From NCBI RefSeq assembly GCF_018350175.1, contig NC_058383.1, positions 22,260,001-22,324,000 of the forward strand: 64,000 nt of DNA. The letters are read 5' to 3'. The stretch is from Felis catus. Taxonomy: Eukaryota. The notes under the pieces were generated by a model. The model worked only from the letters and a program-made list of their open reading frames with translations. It ran no database searches and was not told where the DNA came from. Of this stretch, positions 1 to 13,174 are shown one piece after another (positions within the stretch are counted from its first letter, which is position 1; the number at the start of each line of letters is the position of its first letter). The position numbers were made by a program, and so were the translations under genes.

Positions 1-180
1 CGACTTTGGCTCAGGTCATGATCTTGTGGTTGTGAGTTCGGGCCCCGTGTCGGGCTCTGTACTGACAGCTCAGAGCCTGCAGCCTGCTTCGGATTCTGTG
101 TCTGCCTCTTTCTCTGCCCCTCCTCTGCTCGTGCTCTGTCTCTGTCTCTCAAAAATGAATCAACATTAAAAACAAATTTT
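1..180 (+). mobile_element. CAN-SINE, cut by window edge
   Basis: tRNA-derived body, CT tract, A-rich tail. Confidence 0.9.
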
Positions 181-269
181 AGAAAAGGAAGCTGCTAATA
201 GTCTCCACCATCACCATCTGCCAGCTCAGGACAGAGGCAGGACAGACGGGATCAAGTCCCGGTTGCACT

Positions 270-440
270 CCTCCCTGGCCATTTGACTTGGGCAAGTTAT
301 TTGAACCCCCTCCCTCTCTTGGTGCCTCAGTTTCCTCATCTGTAAAATGGAGATGATATTAGCAACTATCTCATAGGGTCATTGATGGGATTTCAGGAGG
401 TGACTGGGAAGGGACTTATGCAGCCCGGGGCCCGGCACCT
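270..440 (+). mobile_element. MIR relic
   Basis: core gcctcagtttcctcatctgtaaaatgg. Confidence 0.8.
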
Positions 441-1199
441 CTTACCCCAAGTGTTGTTACTGCTCTGTTTCTTGCTGGCAATAGCAGCAGGAAAGAACCC
501 CAGTCAGTCGGAGAGGCAGCTCAAGATCTTGAACAGTATCCCCTCACCACCCACCCCTTTAGCCTTTTCTTCCCCGAGGCGGCCAACCCAGCACCGGGGT
601 CATGTGCACATCCATTAGGTGTCAACCATCAGCCCTCCTCTCTTCCCTCACCCTCTATCCAGTACCCATGCTGCCTCCTCCAGGGAGCTCTCTGGGATGT
701 CTTGGGCCCATACTGCTCCCTCCCTCACCAAAACTACAACTGCAAGAAAGGTGGGGACCCCATAGAGGCAACAGGCAAAAGATGAGGTCTCTCCTATGGG
801 CTTGATGCTAATCTGTGCACTCAGGGAATTGCCAACGTTAAACCACCTCCTGCCACTCTCCCCTTGGCGTGCTGGCTGTGTCTCTGTTCTAATACCCTCA
901 CAGCCTCAAACTGTATCTTTCCAACAGATGCCCTGATATACTGGAATCCAACAGACGGCTCCTGGGTGCAAACCCTGCCTCCCCCATGTGTTGATTGGGT
1001 GACCAGAGGCAGGTGCTCAGATTCTTTAAGGAATGAGGAAAATAAAATGACTAAGGACGGCAGTGACTGAACACAGTGACCTTGGCTCCACAAGTACTCC
1101 CAGGATCTAAGTCCCCTGCAGCCTCCTCCCCCCACCACCCCCATCACTAGGCTCCAGCCACCCCACTTCCTGTCAGTTCCGAACATAATGCCTAAGCCC

Positions 1200-1520
1200 A
1201 CCTCTCTCCTCCCTAGGGCCTTTGGCTGTGTTGTCCCTCTGCCTGGCATGTCCCTCCCCTGGATTTCAGGAGCTGGCTCCCTTCTGCTCATCATGCAGGT
1301 CTCAACCAAAAGCTGTCATCCCTGCCCACACCCGAAGGCCACCCTCAATCACAACACTCTGCTGTTTTTACTCTCTTTATGGCCTTTATTGTGGTCTGAA
1401 AGTATTTTGTCGACTTTACCGTCCTCTTTGACTGTTAGAAAGAACTCAGGGGCCACAAGAGCAGGTGTCTTATTTGTAATAGTAAGCAGTGCCCACACAC
1501 AGGAGACACTCTGTTATTGA
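1200..1520 (+). mobile_element. L2 3' region relic
   Basis: ggcctttg..ctgtgttgtccctctgcctgg...cagtgcccacacacagga pattern. Confidence 0.55.
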
Positions 1521-1922
1521 AGAAGTAGGGAAGCCAATATTCGAACCCAGGCCTGACTCCACAAAGCCCTTCCTCCAAAGCCAGACTATATTGGCCTCCA
1601 ATTCGTACAGGCTCGCAGCAAGTCAATGAGAAAAGCAGGCTGGAGGCTGGTGACTGGAGAGCTAGGTAAGCCCTCTCCCTCTGGATGCTGGGAGTCAAAG
1701 GCAAACCAGGGAGGAAAGGTTCTGGGTCATTTTACACAAGCGACTCATGCCAGGCGCTCGTGCTTCATGAGGTCTACCCCAGGGCAAGCAGGTAGGTCCA
1801 GGACACCGAAGCTTTGTGACCTCTGAAATACCACAGCCAAGGTGAGGCTGGATGTCACAAAACCATCCCAGGCACGTCCGTCCGCCTGTGGCCGCCTGTG
1901 TGGGAGCAGAGCACGGGTAATG

Positions 1923-1941
1923 CCTGCCACCTAGTGGACAC
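1923..1941 (-). promoter_or_regulatory. Candidate CTCF site
   Basis: reverse complement tgtccactaggtggcagg fits CCASYAGRKGGCRS. Confidence 0.5.
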
Positions 1942-1974
1942 GGCACACGGTCCTGTTTCATTTCGATTGAGCAA

Positions 1975-2130
1975 GGGTGATGGAATTTTTAAAGTGCATA
2001 CAGATGACCTGGGATTTTGTGGAAATGCAGACTCTGATTCCACAGGCCTGGATGGAACACGAGGCTCTGCATTTCGAACCAGCTCTCCAGCTGGTGCCGA
2101 TGCCGCTGGTCCACAGGCCCCACTTAGCGC
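1975..2130. mobile_element. MER5A-like hAT-Charlie relic
   Basis: aaatgcagactctgattcc...ctgcattt...gatgccgctggtcc motif. Confidence 0.65.
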
Positions 2131-2935
2131 AGCTGGTGCCTTGCGATTCCTGAAGCGTGAACGCCCCCAAATGAAACTCTGAGGCTTGGGGCGGCCACGC
2201 TACGGGGAACAGAATCGGAAGGCGCCAGAGTATTACAAGCTTTTTGAGTCAAGGAAGTTAGACCTGGGGGCGGGGTGGAGGGGGCGGGCGGGTTGTGTGT
2301 CTCAGGGATCTCGCCAGGGAGGTGCTGCTAAAAGGGCTGCAAACAGGCATCAAATGGCAAACACCAGGAGGGTCAGAACTCAGGCCCAGCTCACAGGATG
2401 AATGTCACACAGAGGCACACGCTAGTGACAGCGAAAACCCGCAAACACCCAGGCAGGGCCTGGGCCCGGCTCTGCCCCAGCTCAGACTCACCCAGCAGTC
2501 CTCCCAGAAGCCACAAACACCCTGTCGCTGGCATCGGCCGCTTACTTTTCGCTGCTACTGCGGGTGGAGAATTTCATTTGAATTCATTTTTCCTATTCGG
2601 GGATTTTTATCTTACGTTTGAAAAATCACAACTTGCAAGTAATAGGTTTACTGCAACTGGAGAATCAGTTCCTAAGACATATAAACAGCGCCCTCCGCAG
2701 CCCCAGTCTCTCTCTGCTCCTGTTTCCCAGTCCTTCTGCGATCCCGGTGTTTACACCCTGGTTTGTATCCCTCCACACCTTCCTTCCCATCCTTATAAAA
2801 ATACACACACATCACTTCACACACAGGAAGTGTCTGTTGCGGCCGTTTATTTCTTCGAAATGAGATCATACAAAATATATTTTTATGCAACCTGATCTTC
2901 TCACTTAATATTACATCAAAGATGTTCCTCCAGGT

Positions 2936-3152
2936 CAAGGGTTGCCAAACTGTTCCTGGTAAGAGCCAGAAAGTAATAATTTTAGTTTCTGCAGATCATC
3001 CAGGCTCTACCACAGCCACTCAATGAACTCACGATTATGTCACCAAAGTGGCCATAGTCAGTATGTACATGAATGATGTGGCTATGTTCTAATAAAACTT
3101 TATTTGCAAAAGCGTGCAGTGGCCATATGCACAGGCCATAGTTTGCCAACCC
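2936..3152 (+). mobile_element. MER58A-like hAT-Charlie MITE
   Basis: TIRs agggttgccaaact...agtttgccaaccct; internal aataaaactttattt. Confidence 0.75.
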
Positions 3153-3379
3153 TGCTCCAGATCAACAGCTGTAGCTCTAACCTACTAGTGTTTTGTTTTT
3201 AATTATTTAGAATGTTTAACAAAAGTATAATACGAAGTGTAAAATACTATAGAAAAGTATACAAGTCATTAATTGTACAGTTTGTGAATATATGTGTGTT
3301 ACTAGTTCCCATATCAAAAAACAGAATATAACCAGGTCCACAGAAGCTCCATGCACCCATTTTAATTCACTATTTTCTC

Positions 3380-3570
3380 TTTATTTTATTTTAGAGAAAG
3401 AAAGAGAGCCCACAGGGGAGAGGGCAGAGGGAGAGAGATGAGAGAATCTTAAGCAGGCTCCACGCTCAGCACAGAGCCCAATGTGGGGCTCAGTCCCATG
3501 ACTCTGAGATCATGACCTGAGCCAAAATCAAAAGTCAGACGCTCAACTGACTGAGACACCAAGGCACCCC
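3380..3570 (-). mobile_element. CAN-SINE (older)
   Basis: reverse SINE with degenerate TSD ttaattcact/ttaattcgct. Confidence 0.9.
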
Positions 3571-3936
3571 TTAATTCGCTACTTACAACAACTGCATAAT
3601 ATCCCATAAAATGGAGATGCCCTAATAGGCTGATTCCAATTCTTTGCCACCACAAAGTATCAATTAAACATGCTTGTTCTGGACTTTGTTTCCTTGCATG
3701 CTAGTGTTTTATTTCAATAAGACAGACTCCCAAATGGGAAATCTGAAAAACAAAGTGTGCATGTTTTAACAAATGTTACCAAACCACTTTCTGAAAGGCA
3801 GTAACAAGTCACAGCCCTGCAGGTCCTGGCCGTGCCGCCTTCTACACAATTCAGCAGGCATTCGGGATCCGTAATTGTACACCCAGCATATCCTGAGGCT
3901 TGGGGACCTCAGATAGTGATCTGGGCTTGATAATTC

Positions 3937-4143
3937 TTTTTTTTTTTTTAAGTTTATTTTTTGAGAGAGAAAGCGCCAGTGGGGGAGGGGCAGAGAGAGA
4001 GAGAAAGAGAGAGATTCCCAAGCAGCCTCCACACTGTCAGCACAGAGCCCCAACACGGGGCTCGAACTCACAAGCTGTAAGATTATGACCTGAGCCAAAG
4101 TCAAGAGTTGGACACTTGACCAACTGAGTCACTCAGGCGCCCC
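3937..4143 (-). mobile_element. CAN-SINE
   Basis: perfect TSD tgggcttgataattct (3922-3937, 4144-4159). Confidence 0.92.
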
Positions 4144-4700
4144 TGGGCTTGATAATTCTGATGAGAGTAAACATTAGGAAGAGGGGAAAGAACACTGAGT
4201 AGAATGAGTTTGGCTCCCCCCATCTCCAAACAACTCTGTCTTTTTGAGTACCTCACAGCCCATAATAAGGCTTCAAAGGAAGGGTGGGCAAGGATCCCCT
4301 GGCCTCACAGGTGTGCAAACAACTATCCAGGATGCACTGAGAAAAACGGCTAAAGCTGCATAGACAGAGACATGATTTAACTCAATTTCTTCATTAAAAA
4401 AACCATGAAGAGCAGCGGGTGTCTTGCCGGCTTTGTTTCAGGGCAATTTGCTCTCCAGTGAGCACACAATGAAGTATTTTCAACAAACCCATTCTACTGC
4501 ATTACTTTCTCAAAACAAAAAAGCCAACAACTAAGGAGTGTGATGTAGTCTAAGGGCTCGTGGTGCCATGGCGGCCCCATTACCACAGCTCCCACATGTG
4601 TGTGGGGTGTGTGGGGCACTCATGTCTGCACACACTGGGCACTTTCCTGAGGACAGATGGTGTTCACAGCTTTTACCAGACCCTCAGTGGCAGCTGTGAC

Positions 4701-4703
<3 letters not shown>

Positions 4704-4738
<35 letters not shown>
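4704..4738 (+). repeat. poly(A)35
   Basis: direct read. Confidence 0.95.
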
Positions 4739-4741
<3 letters not shown>

Positions 4742-5088
4742 TTAACTTGATGGGGGTTGAGGTGACACAGCAGAACGTATTTGTCAAAACTCAGCCATCA
4801 TACAGTGAAGATGTGTGCACTTCACTGTTTGCAAATTTACCTCAAATGTAAAGAAACACCACAACCGTAGATAAGTGTGGTCTTCTAGCTGGTGGTTTGC
4901 ATGCTTCAGTGTTTAGGAGAAAAACTAAATTGCTGTCTTCGATCTGCTTTGAAACGTGTCAAAAATAAGACTGGTCGATGCAGGGAGGGTAAGGGGGACA
5001 GAGAGTGATTAAGCAAGTGTAGTAAATATTAATGGCAGGTTCTAGGTGGGTGAACAAATGGTTTGCCCTGTAAAGTTCTTTCAGCTTT

Positions 5089-5745
5089 GGGGCGCCTGGG
5101 TGGCTCAGTCCAGTTGAGCTTACAACGTCAGCTCAGATCATGATCTCACAGTTCATGAGTTCAAGCCCAGCATCGGGTCAATGCTGTCAGCACAGAGCCC
5201 GCTTCGGATCCTCTGTCGCCCTTTCTCTGCCCCTCCCCTGCTCATGCTCGCTCTCTCTCTCTCTCTCAAAAATGAATAATCATTTTTTGGGGGCGCCTGG
5301 GTGGCGTAGTCGGTTAAGCGTCCGACTTCAGCCAGGTCACGATCTCGCGGTCCGTGAGTTTGAGCCCCGCGTCAGGCTCTGGGCTGATGGCTCAGAGCCT
5401 GGAGCCTGTTTCCGATTCTGTGTCTCCCTCTCTCTCTGCCCCTCCCCCGTTCATGCTCTGTCTCTCTCTGTCCCAAAAATAAATAAAAAGCGTTGAAAAA
5501 AAATTTTTTTTAATGAATAATCATTTTTTTAAAAAAAGGAGGGGGTTGCCTGGGTGGCTCAGTCGGGTGAGCGTCCAACTTCGGTTCAGGCTATGATCTC
5601 ACAGCTCGTGGGTTCCAGCGCCACATCGGGCTCTGCGCTGACAGCTCAGAGCCTGGAGCCTGCTTCCGATTCTGTATCTCTCTCTGCCCCTCCCCTGCTC
5701 ATATTTTCTCCCTCTCTCTGATGCACATAAACATTGAAAAAAATT
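5089..5745 (+). mobile_element. Cluster of three head-to-tail CAN-SINEs
   Basis: three ggggcgcctgggtgg-type heads (about 5089, 5290, 5542); outer repeat ttcagcttt. Confidence 0.9.
5290..5511 (+). mobile_element. Young SINEC_Fc-type copy nested in the tail of an older SINE
   Basis: diagnostic cagccaggtcacgatctcgcgg; TSD aatgaataatcatttttt (5271-5288, 5512-5529). Confidence 0.93.
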
Positions 5746-6066
5746 TAATTCATTCAGCTTTGCTGTATGTTGGACATTTCTCTTAATACAACATTGGGGA
5801 AAAATACTAAGCAGGAACATACAAGGGAGGGGGAAATCCACAGGAACTGGGTCCTACCCCTGTTCCATAACGAATGGCTTTGAGAAGTTACTTCCTTTCT
5901 CTGGGCCTCAGTGACCCACCTGTTTAACAGAGGTAAGAGAGAGGAGGCTGAGCTGTACTCTGTGTCCGTTATGGGCAATGATGATGCTGTGGTTTCATCT
6001 CATTCTGTAAAACTTCGGCATCTTTATAAAAAGATCCTTTGTGGGGAGGAATGGCTTTGAAGGCAG

Positions 6067-6085
6067 AGACCGCCCCCTAGTGGGT
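6067..6085 (-). promoter_or_regulatory. Candidate CTCF site
   Basis: reverse complement acccactagggggcggtc fits the core. Confidence 0.5.
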
Positions 6086-6324
6086 CCTAGTGGCCTAATT
6101 TATGATCATTTTATATACCTGCCATTGATGCACGGCTGGAAAATATTTTGAGATATTATTCTATCTGTACTCTCTTTCTTCACATTTTCCTGCTCTTCCC
6201 CCTCTTCTCTTTCCCTTTAAAGCAGAAAGTCAGCTCAGTAGAAGTGCGTGGTGATGCCAAAAGCAGAAATAGCCTTCAGGTCATTCTTGCTCTGTGTCCC
6301 AAACTTCCAAACCTCAGAGGTTTT

Positions 6325-6549
6325 TTGTTTGTTTGTTTGTTTTTTTCAACGTTTATTTATTTTTGGGACAGAGAGAGACAGAGCATGAACGGGGGAGGGG
6401 CAGAGAGAGAGGGAGACACAGAATCGGAAACAGGCTCCAGGCTCCGAGCCATCAGCCCAGAGCCTGACGCAGGGCTCGAACTCACGGACCGCGAGATCGT
6501 GACCTGGCTGAAGTCGGACGCTTAACCGACTGCGCCACCCAGGCGCCCC
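6325..6549 (-). mobile_element. Young SINEC_Fc-type copy
   Basis: TSD aaacctcagaggtttt (6309-6324, 6550-6565); CpGs intact. Confidence 0.95.
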
Positions 6550-7034
6550 AAACCTCAGAGGTTTTAAAGAGGAAATCACATTAATGTAGGGGATTTGTGG
6601 GCACTGAGAGTCTTGAAAAAAAGTTTTGAAGGGGAGTGGATTTTCATGACAAGAATGAGATTCCTTATGGCTAACAGAAGGAAGAAAGGTAAGAAAAGAT
6701 CCCAAGGGCCCCAAGGGCACTGGCAAGGCCAATGTTCATCCAGGCAAAGAGACCTGTCTTATCCCCTGCTGTAACTCAAGGGTCTAGAATACGCTGGGTG
6801 AAAAGTAGAAACTCAGCTGATATTGTTGAATGAATAAGTGAATGACTGGGAGAGGGAGTGAATGGATTCTGGAGGAGTTTATAGCCAGAATGTAGGGAAA
6901 GAAAGCCACATTCAAGAGCTAATAGTCTCCTACACCCCAATGGTAGGTAGTACTCCTACCATTCTGGTGTCCCCACTCGTGTGCACCAGGTACGGTATTC
7001 CTTCTCCCTGGGACGTGGTATCCTGGTGAGAATG

Positions 7035-7240
7035 TGGCTGTGGAGCCAGACTGCCTGGGCTCAAACGTGAGACCCACCACTTGCTGTGCGGCTCCTGGAA
7101 CGTCATTCAACTGGCTCTGTGCCTCAGTTTCCTCACATGTGACAGGGGGATGATAATAACACCTATGACAGAGGATGGCTGTGAAGATCAACGAACCGAT
7201 CTATGTACAGCATGCAAGAAGCACTTAATAAACACAGCTA
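7035..7240 (+). mobile_element. MIR relic
   Basis: ggagccagactgcctggg...ctgtgcctcagtttcctca. Confidence 0.8.
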
Positions 7241-8589
7241 GTTTTTTTTTTTTTTTCTCAAGTGCCTTGGCACAAAGCTCACTCCATCCAGATAATTCCT
7301 ATACATCTTACAGACTCAAGTCAGCCATGGTTCCCTTTGGGAGGCTTCAGGTGCCCCTCTGCATGCCCCCAAGGTACCAACACAGTATGTCACCTCACGA
7401 CACAATCATCTCTTCCCCCCCTAGGCTGTGAGCTCCCTGAAGACAAAGACTAGATGTCACTGGTCATCAGATCCAAGCTGGTACTCAGGCCCTTCCTGAA
7501 TGAATGAATACCTATGCTTAGGGAGCTCACCTTACTTTTCTGCCCATAAGATGCCACTTTTCTCATACTGCAAACACTGAATCACTCCAAACTACTCCCA
7601 CACCTCCCACCTCACCCCTCAGGGTACAGCACATACCCAAGTCTGCCCTCTGCTCTTCTGGCCATGTCCTGCCATATTGGCTTTATCTTTAGAAAGATAC
7701 CCAAGTGGAATATCAAGGCGAAGGCACCCTCATAGGTTTTCTTATACTCTTTTCCTATTATTAGAGTCCCCATGATGGCCAAAACCTTCTCTACCCTGAA
7801 ACAGTCTTTAAATAACAAGAGAGTCTTCTGTGAGCCTTCAACATCGATTTCCTTTCTCCTAAGAGTGCTTTTGAAATCTCTTTTGGGATAAGGTGTATAG
7901 GTAGATGTGATCCTCAACTTTTCCCAACAGCCTGTCAAGGACTTATGTCTCTTTGGTGCTCTTCTCCTTTTGATGTGTGAATATCAGATCTTGGAAAGGA
8001 TTAAAATACCATAATATTGGGAGTACCTAACTCTTTCTGGGAGATGCTTCAGTCTAAGAAGGTTCTGTACAGCACAATACAATGGGGAGGACTTTGAACA
8101 GGGGTCTTGAAGAGAAACATCAATATAATTGCTCCTTCTGCTTTTCTTCACAAACAGTCCCAATTTTTGTGAGATAGAGTTATGGATACAAATACAGATA
8201 TGGTTAAGGATTTGCAGATGGCCATAAGGTAGATGAGAATGTAAATAATGGGATGCCAGTTGTTACATTAATAGAGAGAGACTGAATTGAAAGGGGCTGA
8301 TATGTGTAAGAACCTGGGCTTTGTAAACTCAAGGAGCATCGCACAACTTTGATCTGGGCTTTCCTACATTGCATTGCCTGCTCCCGTGATAACGCTCAGC
8401 CTCATGATGTCTATATGGCTTTCTTTTATTCTACAAGTCCCACTGCTCTGGATTTTTTCTGCATTGTCCAGGGAATGACAGTGGTCATGGCTCCAAAGAG
8501 TAGGTCCCAGTCTCAGTAATACTTGCTGTTTACCTTGGACGTGGTCCTTAAGAGTTTCTGTGTGGTCTCCCTTCCTAGGAGAGTGGTGT

Positions 8590-9090
8590 ATCATTCATAC
8601 ATACATCCGCGGATGCCACAAATAGTTAGTGATGTCCATCAATCAAGGTGCTGGGGAGAGTGTGAGCCAAAGCAGACACTGTCCTGCTCTCATGGAGCTT
8701 AAAGCCCAGCGGGAGAGGTAGGCGTAATCACGCCAACACGAAACCGCACTGACACAAACTCAAGTTCAGGGTACCATGAGTGTCCAGTATAGTGGGAGGT
8801 CGGGGGAAGCTTCCCTGATGGTGAGGGTGAGCTAGGCCTGCAAGAAGGGGGAAGAGTTACCCGCAGGAAGAAGACGAGAGGATTCCAGACTGAGGGAACG
8901 GAAGGTGTAGAGGTCGTCCAATGGCGGTGGCGGGGGGGGGGGGCATCCTGGAGAGGATGAAGGGTTCAGAGAAAAGCAGAAGAGACAGAGAAGAGAGAAT
9001 GAGGCCGCCACATGAGACTTCTCTGTCCTAACGCAATGAGAAGCCACGAATCAGTTTTTAAAAGAAAGAGAACGGATTAGATTTCCATTC
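8590..9090 (-). mobile_element. L2 relic
   Basis: cattcatacat..., gtcctgctctcatggagctt, aagcttccctga pattern. Confidence 0.55.
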
Positions 9091-9627
9091 TGATCTTGAC
9101 CTGCAAGATCCCGGACAGCAGACCTCAAGCCTGGATTTCAGGAGCCACGGGAGATGAGGAAACCTTCAGATCTTTCACAAGCACCTGGCCTCTGGACACG
9201 ATGGGACTTCTGAAGAGCATGTGACATTCAGAGAACATGGCAAAGTGTCCTGGGCTGGTGAGTAGAAGGTCCTGACACTGAACGCGCCTCTACAGTCTGC
9301 AGGTAAGATGATTTGGCCCTAGCTCTGCTGGGAAGGGCTCTCTCCTCTCTGATCTACCTGGCTGAGGTCAGGCAGGAGGGCCTGGAGACCCAAGCACAAA
9401 ACCAGAAGGGTGCTTGAGAGAAAGGAGGGACATCTGGGCACCCAGGACCCTCCACACTGGGTCAATGCACCCATCTCCCAGCTGCTGTGAGTGTTGGCCA
9501 TTAAAGGCTCACCGGTGCCCCTGTGTCCAGATAATCACCCTCAGCCACACAGAAGCCACCTAGCTTGGGAGGACACCACCCTCCCACCTCTGACCCCAGC
9601 AGCCTGCAGCAAAGACTGACCATCCAG

Positions 9628-9820
9628 TAAGCTCAGGCTGCCAAAACAGAACACCACAGACTAGGTGACTTAATCAACAAAAACTTAAGGGGCGCCTGGG
9701 TGGCTCAGTCGGTTAGGCATCTGACTTCATCTTGGGTCATGATCTCACAGTTCATGGGTTCGAGCCCCACGTCAGGCTCTGTGCTGACAGCTCAGAGCCT
9801 GGAGCCTACTTCAGATTCTG

Positions 9821-9858
<38 letters not shown>

Positions 9859-10230
9859 CCTCCCCCATTCACACTCTGTCTCTCTCAAAAAGTGAATAAA
9901 CATTTTTTAAAAATTAAACAACAACAACGAACATTTATTCCTCAGAGTCCTGGAAGCAGGGAAGTCAAATCACAGGTGCACACCACTTCAGCTCCTGGTG
10001 AGAGCCCTCTTCCTGGCTTGTAGACAGCCACCTTGTCGTTGTGCTCTCACATGGTGGAGAGAGGGAAATCTATTTCTCTTCCTCTTCTTAAGCCACTAGT
10101 CTCATCAGAGAGCCTCACCATTATGATTGCGGCAACTCCTAATTATCTCCTAAAGACCCCATCTCCAAATACTATTCCACTGGGTTAGAGCTTCAACATA
10201 TGAAGGGCGGGGGAGGGCAATGCAGTCCAC
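9628..10230 (-). mobile_element. MaLR LTR (MLT1A-like) interrupted by a CAN-SINE at 9689-9920 (+)
   Basis: ggctgccaaaacagaacaccacagact..., ctcttcctggcttgtagacagcc, gcttcaacatatga. Confidence 0.75.
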
Positions 10231-10513
10231 GGTGGACTGACCCTCATAGGCCACCTCCCTTGCCTCAGGGAGGGAGGATCAGGCTGACGCTAGTGTTCAA
10301 TGGAGACCATTCTCTTGCTTAGCTTTTCCTGCTCTGTCCTCACTCTTCTCCTGTGAGCAGCCCCAATAAATCATCTGAACAAAAATCTCCATCTCGTCTC
10401 TATTTTTAGAGAACTCTGAAAACTGACAGCTGATAAATCAATGCTATCAGAACCCTGGGCATGCAGATATCCTGCCCCTGACTTTAAAGGAGCCAACTTC
10501 CCTCCTTTCTCCT

Positions 10514-10972
10514 TGTTATGGGTTGAATTATGTCCCCTCCACCCAAGATATATTCATGTCCCAAGCCCAGTACTTGTGAATGTGACCTTACTTGGAAATA
10601 AGGGCTTTGTGAATGTAATTAAGATGAGGTCATGCTAGATTAGAGGAGCTATAATCCAATGACTAGTGTCCTTATAAGAAGAGGAACCTTGGACACAGAG
10701 ACACCCAGGGAAGAATGCCATGTGATGATGAAGGCAGAGACCGGAATGATGTACCTACAAGCCAAAGAACATCGAAGATTGATAGCAACTACTAGGAGCT
10801 AAGAGTGAAGAATGGAACAGACTCTCCCTCAGAGTTCTCCAGAAGAAACCAAGTCTGCTGACACTTTGATCTCACACTCCTGGCCTTGGAACAGCTAGAG
10901 AATAAACTCCTGCTGTTGCAAGCCACCCAGTTTGTGGCACTTCAGGACAGCAGCTCTAGGAAATTATATACC
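10514..10972 (+). mobile_element. MaLR solo LTR (MLT1B/C-like)
   Basis: tgttatgggttgaattatgtcccc...gtgaccttacttggaaataagg...aataaa...aagccacccagtttgtgg. Confidence 0.85.
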
Positions 10973-11529
10973 CTTGGTTCATAGGCATATAGTGGGACTG
11001 CCAGGGAATCATCAGCTTGTGATCAAGATACACCCAAGCAGATCTGCAAATAAAGGGGAAGACTTTGACCTTGAATTTGAAGGGATGCTATATTGTACCA
11101 CATCAGAAAAAGACTCTCCAAGAAATGCTCCTAAGAGGTAACCTAGCAAAACCACAAAGGAAATACATGGGGGTGGGGGGGAGAACCAAACTAAAAAGCA
11201 ACCCAGTATATTGTACTAGAGAGTCCACCAGACCTAGATGATAAAGTGCCTTTCTAAGCCTATTTCCTGATGAGTAGAATGATACTACTGCTCAGCTCAT
11301 TAGAGTTACTAAAAAAATGTAAACAAGATAATGCCTGTAAGTGCTCTGCACAGTGACTGACACATTAGAAACAATTCCAAAGTTAGCTATTGCTTTATTA
11401 TTGCCGTCATTACTAATGGTGTATGTTCCTGGAAGCCTAACTTCTCCTCTAAATTATCTTCATTCATAAAATGAGCATAGTAGATATTTCACAACGGTGT
11501 TGTGGGGATTAAAGAGATAACGTGAAAGG

Positions 11530-11737
11530 CTTTTTTACTGAAATATAGGTGGCATATAAATGCTATGTACGTTTGTATATAATGTGTTGATTTGACACAT
11601 TTATATATTGTGATATGATTATTGCCAGAGCGTCAGCTAACACCTCTATCACATCACATAATTATCATTTCCTTTTTTTTTTTTTTTTTTTTTTGGTGGG
11701 AACCATGGATGGACTTTGAGGGCATTATACTAAGTCA
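11530..11737 (-). mobile_element. L1 3'-end relic with short oppositely oriented L1 fragment
   Basis: minus-strand L1 terminal 3'UTR at 11530-11703; plus-strand atggatggactttgagggcattatactaagt at about 11705-11736. Confidence 0.6.
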
Positions 11738-12850
11738 GGTCATGTGTACGATGGGTTCCATAAATGTTGGCTGCCCCCAATAACATTATCTGAGCCGGCG
11801 TAGTTCCTAGAGAATGACACTAGAGGGCAGGAGGGTCTCATTTTTGCCCAACCCCAGCGCCAGGAAGCTAGGAAAACCCTCTTCTCCAGAACCAGCATGC
11901 TTCTCCCCCCGGGTTCCTCCAAACATCCCTATGGCAAGAAATCAGCCACTTGCCTTCCTTTTAAAGGAAAAAGCAACTCAATGGAATGCATGTTTCTAAA
12001 GAGCTCACTGGGTATCATGAACCTCAGTTTAAAACAGGGATGTAGTTTACAGGGATATTTTTACATGGTTTAAGTAAAGCCCTTCCCTGCACAGAGAGAC
12101 TGAACCAATCAATCTGGGGCCTCAGAAGCAGACCCAATTTTTGCAAAATCAGTCCCTTCTGTGATCAGTTTCCTAAGTTACCAACTCATAAAACCTTGTT
12201 TGTACGGATTAGTTATAAAGTCTACAATTTGTGTCACAAGGCTTTGAGAGAGAATTCCTCCAAAGTTTTAGTCCTGTTCTTGTGTGCGTTTTACTGTAGC
12301 TTTATGGCTCAGTATTTACCAGTTCCGCACAGCTGCATTTCCGTTTTGCTGGAGCTCCGCATGTCAGGGCCAATTATTTCTTGAATGTTCTATTCCAGGA
12401 GCAACAGATGCCCTGCTCCTGTCTTCCCCTAGTCCCCCCTGCACCTCCCCAACCGGCTGTATTCTCCCTCTTTCTTAGTATGGATATTTCAGAAGTGCAA
12501 AAAGTACAGGGAATAATAGAACGGGGACCAGCGCAGCCACCGTCAGGTTTAGGAAAGAAATATTTCAAATACGTGGAACGCCCCCAGCGATGCACACTGC
12601 ATCCCTCCTCCTGCCCAAGTTGTCACAGTCTCAAATTGGGTGTTTGTCACCAAGACTATTTTCCCCACTGGGAAAGTCTGCGGAAGCACGAAGCATTCCT
12701 TCTTGGCTACCTTAAAGGAACAGAACTGGACACTCCACAGACAAGGAACGGGGGTGGGAAAGGGAGAGGGAGAGAAGGGGAGTGGGGACTTCCCCGAGCT
12801 CCAGCCAGCCCATCGGCTGAGAGTGGGAAGGGGGAGGGGTACACTTTCTA

Positions 12851-13174
<324 letters not shown>

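Noticed and set aside
4560..4851. Poly-lysine ORFs (and the poly-glycine ORF at 61639-61851)
   Set aside because: Artefacts of homopolymer runs
5140..6732. Recurrent ORFs such as GAPGWRSRLSVRLQPGHDL and WDRERQSMNGGGAEREG
   Set aside because: Translations of CAN-SINE sequence, not a gene family
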